A stretch of DNA of 63,503 bases, filler included, from Sphacelaria rigidula (lineage: Eukaryota), in the NCBI GenBank assembly GCA_964200075.2. It is 10 parts of 10 records of this genome, joined end to end, with 100 filler letters (N's around TTAATTAATTAA, not from the genome) between each part and the next. Parts side by side here need not be neighbours in the genome. Positions count along the whole stretch, not along the records: positions 25,445 to 31,704 come from CAXNAA020021172.1; positions 31,805 to 38,064 come from CAXNAA020021173.1; 8 more parts are not named here. One strand, written 5' to 3'. Shown piece after piece: positions 25,345 through 36,766 of the stretch. A program made the translations under genes and the position numbers. Numbering within the stretch: position 1 is the first letter of the stretch; each line of letters starts with the position of its first letter. A model generated the notes under the pieces. It was not told the DNA's origin. It worked only from the letters and a program-made list of their open reading frames with translations, and ran no database searches.

Positions 25345-25444
25345 NNNNNNNNNNNNNNNNNNNNNNNNNNNNNNNNNNNNNNNNNNNNTTAATTAATTAA
25401 NNNNNNNNNNNNNNNNNNNNNNNNNNNNNNNNNNNNNNNNNNNN
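25345..25444. other. Artificial contig linker
   Basis: N-run + TTAATTAATTAA + N-run. Confidence 0.99.
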
Positions 25445-25474
25445 GGGAGGGGGAGGAGGAGGGGGAGGGGGGGG

Positions 25475-25550
25475 TATTCATGATCCTGCATGCCATAGTC
25501 ATAAGACTATTGACCTCGAAGCACGCCGGGTTTTCGCCGGACCAGGCTCG
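25475..25550 (-). mobile_element. Truncated 3' module of poly-C-targeted element with internal deletion
   Basis: Minus strand reads gagcctggtccggcgaaaacccggcgtgcttcgaggtcaatagtcttatgactatggcatgcaggatcatgaata, between G-runs on the + strand. Confidence 0.8.
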
Positions 25551-25764
25551 GGGGGGAGGGGGGATGAGGGGATTATTGTAGCCGAAAATGGGCATGACCG
25601 GAGTTTCCTCTCTGCAAGAAACGTCTACGTGTTCTATCAACTTGCTTGTGCTGAAACATCAAGATATTTTCCCGGGGTCAGTAGTGCCGCACGTACGTGC
25701 TATCGTGACTCGAAATAGTATCAATGCAACGTGCCTCTCTTTTTCTCTTGACACCCTCTCTCAG

Positions 25765-25900
25765 GTGCGCTGGGGGTCTCCGGATGGTTCAAGATTTCCT
25801 CGGGATGCCTCGAGATCTTCTAGAGACAGAGTCGGCCCTGCCGCCTGCGTCCTGCGAGCAGAAGCGAACCGAGCTGTTTTTGTACAAAATGCTCAACCAG
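25765..25900 (+). CDS. Probable internal exon, unknown protein
   Basis: ctctctcAG acceptor, open frame CAGGLRMVQDFLGMPRDLLETESALPPASCEQKRTELFLYKMLNQ, CAG|GT donor; coding-like GC content. Confidence 0.5.
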
Positions 25901-26696
25901 GTCGACTCCCCCGCGGCGAGAGTCAAGGTGAACAACCCCCAGCAAGGTCGTTCAAGTCAACACGATCAAACCTGGCTACAGTACTACGCGTGAAGCAAGA
26001 TAAATACACTGGTTGATACTGTTGTAATGCTGCTCCTCTACTTTCTTTCCGGTTGGTGTCTGTCGTCAGCTAGTTCTCAACAGAACAAACTTGTCGGTAT
26101 GAAGAACGGATGCGGGTACCTTTTTTTATTTCGTCGTACAAAGTCACGTCTCTATTTTTTGCTGTCAAGACCCGTCGGTCGTGCTTACTGATCACCAACG
26201 GTACGATGCTCTTTTGCTGGGATCGGACCCCCACCCTCATCCCCCCCCGCCCCCAATCCCTAACCTCTCCCCTCCACCCCGTTTAACAACAGCACATGCT
26301 TCTGCGCGACTTCAACCCAGCTCTAGCTCCCGACGTGGAGTCGCTCATGAAGGGCACCGCGTCGCGTTTAGGCCACTTACAGGTGGGTGGGAAATGAGTA
26401 CGCCTGAGCAGGTTTTGTCACCCACGCCAACAACCGATGAGACGGACTGAAAGGATACTTATTCGCCGGGGGTAGAATTTGGTGATGCGATCAATGTGTC
26501 TCGGGGTATAATTTGATAGAAAATGAGCGAATGCGCTGAGGGGCGTCGTCGCTGCGTAGATGGGAGTAGTAGTAGTACCAAAAGCGGTGTTGTATACCAT
26601 ATCGATCCACGACTGCGTATTTTGTTCGGAGCTGTTGATTCCATTTGGCTGTGAGATTGAGATGATGGCATGCTTTTCGCGCCGGAAAAGATGGGA

Positions 26697-26956
26697 GACA
26701 CTTTCTACGATAGCCCTCCCCCCCCCCAAAAAAAAAAAGTGCCTGGTTTGGGGAGGCAAAATCTCCACGTGAATTGAAATGGAAAAAGCCGAGCACAACG
26801 AGCAGCTGGGAATTTCCACGCTTGGGTTCGTTCTCGCTAATGTTGCCCATATGAGGCGCTTCATGCAGCCTGAACCCAAACATCAGGCACTGCATATCCT
26901 TTTATTCCGTGACACTTTTGGACTGGTTTCGGGGGGGGACTAGTGCAGAAAGTGTC
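26697..26956. mobile_element. About 260-bp MITE with GACACTTTCT termini
   Basis: gacactttctacgatagccc ... cagaaagtgtc; internal sequence is the reverse complement of 63004-63253; flanks GGGA/GGCA. Confidence 0.8.
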
Positions 26957-28247
26957 GGCAGTATTGTAGTATCTGCTTCACCGTGTGAGGTATTAAACCC
27001 CTTTCGGAGTGATGCCATCGCGCACTGGGGCAAATCGGAGGGCCCGGGTGCCCTTGGCGGAAAATTAACGACGGGGCAGTTGCGTTCATGTTTTGCCCGA
27101 AGTGGAAACATTGTAGGATTGCGGATTGGCTTGTTTCAAATATCGAGACGAAATTGTAAGATAGTGATCTGGAGGGTGTAACGACTAAAAGTAGGGTGTT
27201 TGGAGAGGTATACAAGGGATGTTGTAATCGGTAAATACGTTTCTTTCTGTGCTTCGCTTTTGTTGACTTTTTTTTTTTTCACGTCTTGGTCCACTTACTA
27301 TGTCGCTCTTCTGGACTTTTCTTGTGTTCCTTCTTTTTCTTTCTTCAGCAAGTGTTTCAGTTTTTCTTTTATTTGGGTACGTCTGTCATGTGACCACGGT
27401 TGCACCCCCCCTGGGAGGTCAGTTGAATTGCGACAATCAATCAATCAATCAATCAAATAAATAACCTTCCGAACCATATCAGATTGTTCGGAGCAGGGGT
27501 CGATATCTTTCCGGACCGTCCCGGGATGTTCGGCGCACGTTTCGGTATGGTCTGGTATGCTAACCAACAGTCCACGGGCCGGACGAATCAATAATTCGTC
27601 TGGAAACTACTTGATTTTAGTGTGATCGATTCGCACCGTATGAACCAATCCTTGGGCTTTGTTTTCAGCGTTGCAACCCAGGTACGCGCAGCCCAGGCAC
27701 ATGGAATGGCGCAAATATTGCGTGCGGGACCTTTTTGACGAGCGGTCAACTTTTTTCCTCTCTTTTGAGCAATCAGGCCTGGGAAATTTTGGATTTGGTG
27801 ACTCGAACCGGCGATGATTCTTCCGAACCGTGAAACGATCCCCCCTCCACTTCCGGATATTGTGTACCCTACAGAACACAACCTTGCAAACTTGTTGTGA
27901 CCGTCATCATCCGCTGGTAGGAGTATGCACAAGTGGGAGTAAGACCAGCGAGCTTTAGGGATTTTGTAGAAGTGTCTTCTGTTTAGGGAAAAGTGGAGCA
28001 CTTGTGCAACGGTGACGGCTTCCCTCTGGCTTTCAGTCGTCCTCACGATGTTGTTTCTTGCTCGTTGGCTGAAATATGAACACGAGAGGAGACGAGCAAA
28101 CGGACTTGACACTTTTGCTCTCGTGGCCGCTGTTGACCTCCGTCTATCTCTCTTACTTTGTCGACGTGTACCCGTTTCGAGCGACTCCGTTCCTGTTTGC
28201 ATATATAACTCTCTCCTACATCCCACCCACTCACCCGAAACCAATAG

Positions 28248-28361
28248 GCGTACCTATTGAGGCAACATCAACAGCAGCTGTCGTCCTATTTGGAGCGGTC
28301 AGAGATGCCCTCCACGGTGGAGGGCAAAGGCAATGTCACGCAAAAGGCTGTCAGGCGGCAG
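28248..28361 (+). CDS. Probable internal exon, unknown protein, phase-compatible with 25765-25900
   Basis: CCAATAG acceptor, AYLLRQHQQQLSSYLERSEMPSTVEGKGNVTQKAVRRQ (114 nt), CAG|GTGTGT donor. Confidence 0.55.
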
Positions 28362-28480
28362 GTGTGTGTCTCTGTGTGTGTCTCTGTGTGTGTCTGTGTC
28401 TGTGTCTGTGTGTGTCTGTGTGTGTGCGTTTGTATGTGTATGCGTGTGCGTGTGTGTTGTGTGTGTCTGTGTGTCTGTGC
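28362..28480. repeat. (TG)n/(TGTC)n microsatellite at intron start
   Basis: Direct inspection. Confidence 0.92.
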
Positions 28481-29489
28481 TTGTCATGTTAGACGAGGCA
28501 GGTCGGTGCATATGCATGGGGGTACATTGAATTCATTAACGTTCTTCCTGAGAAAGAGGACACGTGCTGCAAGGGCAGTCGATGCGCTGTTGTATTCAAG
28601 AGGGTGGATGCTTATGTCAGTTGGTGCGGTCGGCGTTTTTATCAGCTGCGATGAGCATATTTTGAGTGACGAGAACAAGAGAAGGAAAACAGTGTATGAT
28701 GGCAGCTACACTAAATACTCCACGCCCACACCCAGCGAGGCTTTGGCTCGGACTAACTCGAGTTCTACAAGCCGTGCTGTGGAAACAAGGATTGAGACTG
28801 ATTCGAGTCATCCACGTAGTTCGTTGAGATACAAGGGCGAGTCTTACCCGAGTCCAACGAGTCCTAGACGAAAACGAACGATGCACCCAAGTCTTTAACA
28901 ACCTAAAGAAGTCTTGAGTTTGTGAGCGCGAGCAAGACGTGCCTGCTTTTCCACTTCAGCAGGAGCACCGTAGGCAGATGCCCCAACAGTCAAGTAAGTT
29001 TGCGCTCTTGTTTGACTGAAATATGAGACAGGCAGATTACGCTCGTTTGTCTCCTCACGAGGAGTGTACTACAGGCAGTATAGGGCAGTATTGATACGGC
29101 TGTGACTTCATGTCCCTTTCATGTTTCGTGGCCGTTCACTTTACTTACTTGCTGCTTGTGTGGAATGCGCTGTGCAGTTTTTGTGCTCGGGTATTGTACA
29201 GACCTCGCTACTGTAGTAGTGTGTTTTATACGATACAGCAGATTTCTATTTTGCCTTGTGTGCCCTTTTGCGCCTGCTTTTGTACTGTTAGGGACGCTAA
29301 TCGCTCACAAAACATATAGGAAATTCACCTCAAAGGTGTCCTGATTTTCCTGATGGAAAAATCAAGCTAGCCAGTCAGAAACAAAGGATTCGTCCGGTCG
29401 GTTCCAAGAGAACCCCGGAAGGCGTTCTGCGCACATCACACACACTGCCCAGGTGCATTGCTCACGGCCGTACTGCCTTATATTTTTAT

Positions 29490-29795
29490 TTATTTTTATG
29501 TATCGCGTTTTGAACTCCTCCCCTTCCTCGAAACGAGTCCGTGGTCTCAAGGCATCAACCACTCTCTCCCCGGTGCACGCCTTGCATTTTTTGGTCTTGC
29601 GGACTGGGTCGGCACTCCCGCACCGCGTCAACTCACGGAAAACAGAGTCAGTCGACTACTTTGTTTACTCACATTCTCACGCATTCCACGGTGGGAATCA
29701 GATATTACGAAGAAAAACCCAACGCATCGAAATTCGAACCCTCGTTTTCTCCACCCTAATGGCGACAATTGTGCCATTACGCCACCGGGGCGCGG
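29490..29795 (-). mobile_element. Near full-length tRNA-derived SINE family B
   Basis: Minus strand starts ccgcgccccggTGGCGTAATGG (A box) ... gaGGGTTCGAATTT (B box); body shared with 22275-22490 and 21001-21090; A-rich 3' end. Confidence 0.8.
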
Positions 29796-29814
29796 CGTTC
29801 AAAGTTTATACATC

Positions 29815-30420
29815 GTGATTCATTGTCAAGTCAAAATTACGCCGACGCAGATGACCCACCCTGGGGGTGACTGTAGACAGAGTCGAGCTAAGATGCACAG
29901 TACAACAGTAGTACAATGCAGTACGGGAGCTGAATAGTACAGTGCAGTGTTGTCTCATCTCTGCCCCCGCCGCGTTCCTTCCCTTCGTTTATGGTTACAT
30001 TATTACCAATGATCAGATTGCACCAAACCTTTGAAGAGCGTAACCTCTTTTTTTCGCCAGCTCTAAAGTTGAACCCTTGAGCCTTCACGGTGGGTCATCT
30101 GGGTCTTGCAGTCATTTTTCAAGTCGAAATCATGCCAATGCACAACAGATGACCCACCCTGAAGGTGGTTGTATATAGATGGACAAAGCCGAACAACAAA
30201 GTCTAGTATAGTACAACGGAATACAGTACTGTGTTGTCTTCCCTCCCTCCCTCGCTGCCTTCCTTCCCAATGTTCCCATTATCTATGACTATCACCATGG
30301 ACCAGATAACGAGAAACCTTTGGAGAGCGTGACCTCGTCCTGCCGCCAGCTTTAACAGTGAACCCTTGGACCTCGACGGTGCGGCATGGGGGTCCTGAGT
30401 TCATATTTCACGTCAAATCA
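29815..30420. repeat. Degenerate tandem duplication, about 295-bp unit
   Basis: tcaagtc.aaat.a.gcc...cagatgacccaccctg and aaacctttg.agagcgt.acctc...cgccagct.taa...tgaacccttg each recur about 295 bp apart. Confidence 0.65.
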
Positions 30421-30434
30421 TGTCGATTCACTAC

Positions 30435-30781
30435 ATGTGTGTGTTGTCGTCTCATCTATTCTGGACGCCGGTCTACACCTTTCGGTATATGTGGGCGCAC
30501 CAGCCGGGGTCACACAGGAGGAAAGACAACGCGAGAGTTTTTATTTTTATTTTCTCCATCTTTCTTCTGCGGTGCTTGCCTTTGTTTTTTTATCGCGAGA
30601 GGGGCTCAGCACTCCCTTTCCCTCGTCGACCATTAAGTCGAATTTTGTGTACCCACGATAGAGCTGCTCTCCACTGTTGGGCGTTGTGTCAGAAACAATC
30701 CCGGATCGCTCCGAGATTTGAATCCACGACCCAACCGTCAGAAGGTTTCGAGGTTACCAACTGAGCCACCGGGGCGACCGG
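30435..30781 (-). mobile_element. Full-length tRNA-derived SINE family A, about 350 bp
   Basis: A box TGGCTCAGTTGG and B-box-like GGATTCAAATC on the minus strand; (CA)-rich 3' end; multiple copies in the window. Confidence 0.9.
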
Positions 30782-31185
30782 TTGAAATATACGAACAAAA
30801 AACTGAAGCTTTGTCTCAGTGGAGGGATGATGTACAGACGGCAGGCCGCCTGTGGCGGTAAAGATCCGTCCTGCAAAACCAAGAAATAAAGGACCACAAC
30901 ACTGTCACCATGATGTTGTCTGTTCCAGTACACGCCACGCTCTCTAACTTGAGTCCCCAGAGCGGCTGGGTCTACGAGCAGCAGCGCTTTCCTGTTCTTA
31001 TTCTGTCGGAGTGCATTACACATTGGCGTACTTTTTACGCACCGAAACAAAGTTACTCCGGCTCAGACCTCTCCTCTCATTTTCCCCCCCCCCCTCCCCT
31101 CACCTCTAGACTCTTGGGTTGGCGTCGAGTGGCAACGGCGCTGTAAAACAAGCCACCACAACCTCGAGAAATGTACAGACTGTGA

Positions 31186-31704
31186 CGAAATAGAAAAGAT
31201 AACCCTCCTTATGTAATCTGCTATAGCACTGCCCGGACATAGACATGAAATAGAGAAGCTGATCCCCCTTTCTATTTACCCTACCATAACACAGCCCGGA
31301 CAAAGACATGAAATAGAGGAGCTAATCCCCCTTTTTATTTACCCTACCATAACACAGCCCGGACATAAACAGGAAACAGAAAAGCTAACCCTCCTTTTTA
31401 TTTACCCTACCATAACACAGCCCAGACATAGACATGAAATAGAGAAGCTAACCCTCCGTTATATTTACCCTACCATAACACAGCCCAGACATAGACATGA
31501 AATAGACAAGCTAACCTTCCTTTTTATTTACCCTACCACAACACAGCCCGGACATAGACACGAAATAGACAAGCTAACCCTCCTTTTTATTCACCCGACC
31601 ATAACACAGCCCGGACATAGACATGAAATAGAGAAGCTAACCCTCCTTTTTATTTACCCTGCCACAACACAGCCCGGACATAGACATGAAATAGAGACGC
31701 TAAC
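31186..31704. repeat. Minisatellite, about 62-bp unit, at least 8 copies, running into contig end
   Basis: Unit gaaatagagaagctaaccctcctttttatttaccctaccataacacagcccggacatagacat. Confidence 0.95.
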
Positions 31705-31804
31705 NNNNNNNNNNNNNNNNNNNNNNNNNNNNNNNNNNNNNNNNNNNNTTAATTAATTAANNNNNNNNNNNNNNNNNNNNNNNNNNNNNNNNNNNNNNNN
31801 NNNN
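31705..31804. other. Artificial contig linker
   Basis: 44 N + TTAATTAATTAA + 44 N. Confidence 0.99.
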
Positions 31805-31859
31805 TACTGTTTCATGCATCAAACGATTTCATGCCACCTTTGTTCACGTCTCGCATGGG

Positions 31860-32130
31860 TGGGTGGGGGGGGTTCTCAAAATCTTGCCTGCCGTAGTCAT
31901 GAGACCGTCGACCTCGCGCCCCTACAAAGCCGGGACGAAGCACTCTGGGTTTTGTCGGACCAGGCTCGTGCACTCGGGTGGGTGGGTGTACTCATAACCT
32001 GGCATGCCATAGTCGTATGACCATTGACCTCGCACCTCGCATCCCTACGAAGCTGGGACGGAGCACGCCGGATTTTCGCCGGATCAGGCTCACAATCAAT
32101 CACCAAGCGCGAAGCGCTGCGATGAGTTTC
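31860..32130 (-). mobile_element. Two head-to-tail 3' modules of the poly-C-targeted element
   Basis: Each copy reads gagcctg.tccg.c.aaa...gtgct.cgtccc.gctt.gtaggg...gaggtc.a.ggtc...gacta.ggca.gc.ag.tt.tgag.ac and ends in a CCCA/C tract. Confidence 0.85.
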
Positions 32131-32142
32131 ACACTCTGGACA

Positions 32143-32485
32143 TTTGTGTGTTGTGTTGTCGCCCCATCTATTCTGGACGCCCTGCTGCGCCTTACAGTAT
32201 ATGTGGGCGCACCAACTGGGGTCACACACGAGCTTTTTCTTTTTTGTTTGTTCCTAGTACCCCACCTTCCTTCTGCAGTGTTTGGCTATATTTCTTATCG
32301 CGAGAGGGGTCCAGCAGTCCCATTCCCTCGTCGACCGTTCAGTCGAATTTTGTGTACCCACGACATGGTCGCTCTCCACTGTTGGGCATGGTGTGGGAAA
32401 AACTCCCGGATCGCTCCGAGGTTCGAACCCACGACCCAACCGTCAGAGGGTTTCGAGATTACCAACTGAGCCACTGGGCGACCGG
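32143..32485 (-). mobile_element. Full-length tRNA-derived SINE family A
   Basis: A box TGGCTCAGTTGG, B box GGTTCGAACC; collinear with 30435-30781. Confidence 0.9.
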
Positions 32486-32714
32486 CTTCTCGGACAATGG
32501 ACACAATGATAGTCCATTGCTTCAGTAATAGACACGGGGGAAAATCGATCGATATATATTATCGAACAGGGTAGATGGTGGAACACATCTAGTGATATGT
32601 ATTGCAAGGGACAGTGGATGTTGCAATAGTCGATCAATAGCATATGGAAATGATAATAGATGAAGATCACTCGCCATCGATGGACATCGTGTACCGCAAT
32701 AGATTCTGGGATGT

Positions 32715-32915
32715 ATATATCGATAGGCATTGCCGCAATCAATCGGCTTCGTGAGCCATCCATCGATAGTCATTGCCGTCATCAAAAGACTAGGTGAGCC
32801 ATCTATCAATACCTATGACCGTCATCAGTAGATTTGGTGAACCGTCTATCGGTAGCCTCTGCCGCCAACAATGCAACTTCTGGTATCTATCGATATGGCC
32901 ATTGCCGTCAGCAAT
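32715..32915. repeat. Degenerate tandem repeat, about 43-bp unit; same unit again at 34920-35060
   Basis: Unit approximately atcgatagccattgccgtcatcaatagatttggtgagccatct, 4-5 copies here. Confidence 0.7.
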
Positions 32916-33100
32916 TGATTGTCTCGGGACCAGCTACCGATAATCGGTGACGCCAACAATAGGTTTTGAAAATAAATTGCTCACTGCAGGGTCTTATGGC
33001 ACCAATGGCAATGCCCCTCCCACATGAACACGCAACGACCTGAGGCGATAGCTGGCCATAGCTTCTGTGGTATGAGGTGGAAACATACATCGGAATATGT

Positions 33101-34078
33101 CACACCCTGTACAACTACGATAGTTGATAGTTGTTTGCCAGACAACTACTGGTTCAGAATCGTACGCAAGTAGTTGCCTGCAGACAACTAACTTTTGAGA
33201 TTCGTACGCAACTAGTTGTCTGTAGATAACTAACTATTCAGAATCGTACGCGACTAGTTGCCTGCACACAACTACTGGTTCAGAATCGTGTGCAACTAGT
33301 TGTTTGCAGACAACTAGCTGGTAGTTGTCTGCCAAACAACTAACATAGTTGGATGGTTGTGACAAATGAGATGCATCAACAGCAGGTATCATAGTAGTAG
33401 TGGTGGTGTTAAGCCGTATCTGCGCAAGAACGTGGGCAGACCACGAAGATTAGTTCAGCCTATATAGGCTGGCGATATGAACGATGGCAAACGTAAAATG
33501 CTGTTGTGATATTCCGCGCGCGAGCATGACAATTCGAACTCAGAGCTAGATGACCACCACCCCTCTCCAAAGCGGGAGCTATCTCCCGAACAACATCCAC
33601 ATAAATTCCAGAATAATATGCTGGGCGGTGCAAAACAAAACACTGGTTGCGGAGGAGAGAATGGAAGCATAGGCATCTGCCTTGCCGTGCATCGTTGTCA
33701 ACACACACAGCAAGAACGAAACACAAAACAGGTACTCTCGTGAGCACGTGGCGGCTACATCTATTTTTGTCGCTGCCGAGCCCGAAAACCCGAAAAACCC
33801 AAGTACGAACTGCTCCTGGAACATAGCTACGGTGCCACTGTTCTGTTGTTGACAACTACCCGAGCTAGTTGTTCTACATTGACAACTGCCCTGGCAACTA
33901 GTTGCCTGCAGACAACTACTGGTTCAGGATCGTGCGCAACTAGTTGCCTGCAGACAACTACTGGTTCAGAATCGTGCAGAACCAGTTGCCTGCAGACAAC
34001 TACTGGTTCAGAATCGTGCGCAACTAGTTGCCTTCAGACAACTAACTGAGTTAGTTAGTTGTAGTTGTACAGGGTGTG
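33101..34078. mobile_element. Complete non-autonomous hAT-like DNA transposon, 978 bp
   Basis: Perfect 18-bp TIR CACACCCTGTACAACTAC; 8-bp TSD GAATATGT at 33093-33100 and 34079-34086; subterminal 42-bp repeats built on TAGTTG...CAACTA. Confidence 0.92.
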
Positions 34079-36344
34079 GAATATGTGCATACATAGCGGT
34101 AGTGATCGACGCCACTAAGCTACTTTTGTGGTCAGCAATAAATATTGGACCCCGATTCAGATTACGTTGTGACCAGCGGTAGACATCGCTGACCGCGATT
34201 CAGATTCTATTATGACCCTCAATAGGCAATGGTGGGCTCAATTGATATCCTATTGTGACCAACAATATGTATTGGTGGCCGTGTGGCAGATCCTTTTGTC
34301 ATTAGCAATAGACATTGGTGGCCACGATTCAGAGCATATTGCAACAAATAGAATGTATCGATAGACAACTTGGCCCCTCCATTGTCACGGCAATGATACC
34401 TTATGCCCCTTGTCCCGAATCTGTTGTCGCCTACAATAGCTATCGATAGACATAGATGCCAGTCGATTATGACTGACAATGGACATTGGCAGTCAAAATT
34501 TCGGGGCTATTGCAGCGGCAATGTTCTACTACATAAGCACATCTCACCCAAACACAAAAGTACTGGAAGGGCTCATGTCCATCAGAGGGACAACCATAAG
34601 TACCAACACCACACCAGCAACATAACTTGTAAACTTTTGTCCACACATATTGCGGATTCCTACAAAATACAACTGTTACAAAAATTGTAGAAACGTGACG
34701 TCATATGTTGACAAGCAGTATCACCATATAGTCACTGCATGTCCATCTGCGGCTTCTCTATCGTACCCTAAAGGAGTATAATATGCTCTATACGTATTAT
34801 ATTGCGATGTAGGTGTGGCAATAGACGACAGAGAACATCTATCGGTAGGCATTGTATACCACAGCAGATGCTGGAATGTATCTATGGATATTCATTGGCG
34901 CCATGCATAGATTTATATGCAATTTATCAACAGCTATTGCCGTCATCATTAGATTTGGTATACAATCTATCACTAGCCATCGTCATCGATAGATTTGGCA
35001 AGCTATCTATCGATAGCCAATGCCGTCTTCAATACATTTGAAAAGTTATCGATCGATGCATTTGGTCGGCCGCAATGGATTTCGGTGTAGGGTAACAGTA
35101 GACCTTGCCCGAGGGTTCTCGGTATGCCTTCGTAGCGGTTGGGGTTAGGGTCAGGGTGAGAGTTAGTATTATTCGAAATCATAATTTTTCGAGATACTCA
35201 CGTCGTTATATCGTATCAATATCAAGGCCTCTGCATGCAGGTGGATTATAGCTGCTGAAGGGGCGACTCGACGTATGTAAATCGCTCGTTACGAGAAATG
35301 ATATTTGTTCTACACCCTTTATATGGGGTAAGCTGTGGTCTCCAAGTGATGAACTCCGAGACTCAGCCGCTTCACTGGTTTTTTGTTGTGTACCACGTCA
35401 GTTCGTCCTGCCTGACTCGCGATCGTATCGTACCAATATCTCGAAAACAGTGTATATATACCCTTGCTCCAAGTCTAAAAAAGCAGCACATTCTCAACAC
35501 GTGAGCCAGTTCCAGTGTCAGAGGTCTGTCTGAACACGATTGCCAGCTCTATTACTTGGACGTAAAATGGGGTGATGGTGCAGCTTTCTTTTTTTGCGTC
35601 ACCTCGGTGCACCGAAAGACCAGCCTATAAGCAGGCGTTTTTGTTTTTATCCCAACTTGCCATACCTCTAAGCAGCCCAGCGCATATCTTGCTGTCAGTA
35701 TCTGTTTTTATAGTTTTTTTACACCGCTTTTTTTTCTCCCTTTCAAATTTATTTTTGTTTTTCGGTCATTTTTTTGCTCGGGTTGTTTTGTTCTGGTCAG
35801 CATCTTCCGTTTATTTTCGTGAGGAATTTATATTTATCCGGATGATTCCGTGGCGAATCAGTTGATTTCGAGAAAATAACAAGACTATGTTCTGTACCTG
35901 TTATAGGGTATACCCGGAAGTGAGGGATTTATTGTTGGCATACTAATACTAGACCATACCGGAATGTCTACCGAATATAACGGTATGGTTCTGCAGTGTA
36001 TCGAGTCATGTTCCGAACACTTCGACCATGGTACGGAAGGGTTTTCCCCGATAAAACATCTCTCTCGTACTGTTCTGTAAATACCCGAATTTCAGTCGGT
36101 ATGCCCTACATTGTGGTATTTTGAAAAGTGGAGATATGACCCATACCCGCGGCAGCAGCCAGCTCAGTGCTGTTGTTCCCCTCTCCGAAACCCATACAAG
36201 TCATTGTGACTGACGTAGGCAGGCGATGTGCGACTTTGAAAAAGACTAAAATATCGGATACACCGCACCAGACCTACCCTTGTAAGCTTGGGTATCAACC
36301 AACCAATAACCCAATTAACCAATAAACCAATAATCGTGTACCAG

Positions 36345-36497
36345 GTGCGCACAGTCAGTCGCGTATACCACTCGGCATGTCTGGAAGAGGGCCAGAGTTA
36401 CTGGGACTACGACAACTTTCAGCTCAGCTCCGTGGACTGGGAGACACCCGACCGCTATGAGGTCACCCGGAGATTAGGGTACGGGCGATTCAGCGAG
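36345..36497 (+). CDS. Exon of casein kinase II alpha-like protein kinase (N-terminal segment and Gly-rich loop)
   Basis: CCAG acceptor and GAG|GTATGC donor; VSRVYHSACLEEGQSYWDYDNFQLSSVDWETPDRYEVTRRLGYGRFSE aligns with CK2-alpha SRARVY.DVN..RP..YWDYE....W...DDY..VRKLGRGKYSE. Confidence 0.88.
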
Positions 36498-36766
36498 GTA
36501 TGCAGGCTTTGTGGATTGGTGATTCGGAACGTTGGCGCGAGCTGTCATGCGACAAACTTCACGGTCACACTTTTTACCACCCCACCTGCATGCAGTTGGC
36601 ACGGTGCGCTCGAGAATTCGTGCACATCACATCCTGGACGAGAACAATAAATAGCACTGGCAAAAAGTAGTTTGCTGCATACATACTGCATACATACAGT
36701 GTCGAATATATTGTCTGTTATTGCAATAGACAATATATTCGATACTGTACGCAGTACGCTTATTTC

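Noticed and set aside
30700..30781. tRNA gene (also 19084-19154, 32410-32485, 62610-62688, 29720-29795)
   Set aside because: A and B boxes are present, but wherever the flank is visible each is fused to a conserved downstream body; these are SINE heads.
31186..31704. CRISPR-like array
   Set aside because: Units repeat along their whole length with no unique spacers; no cas genes; eukaryotic context.
33120..34050. CRISPR-like palindromic 42-bp repeats
   Set aside because: No variable spacers; they are subterminal repeats inside a TIR/TSD-bounded transposon.
14330..36497. Gene cluster of argA, YqeH/NOA1 and CK2-like
   Set aside because: The genes lie on different contigs joined by artificial linkers.
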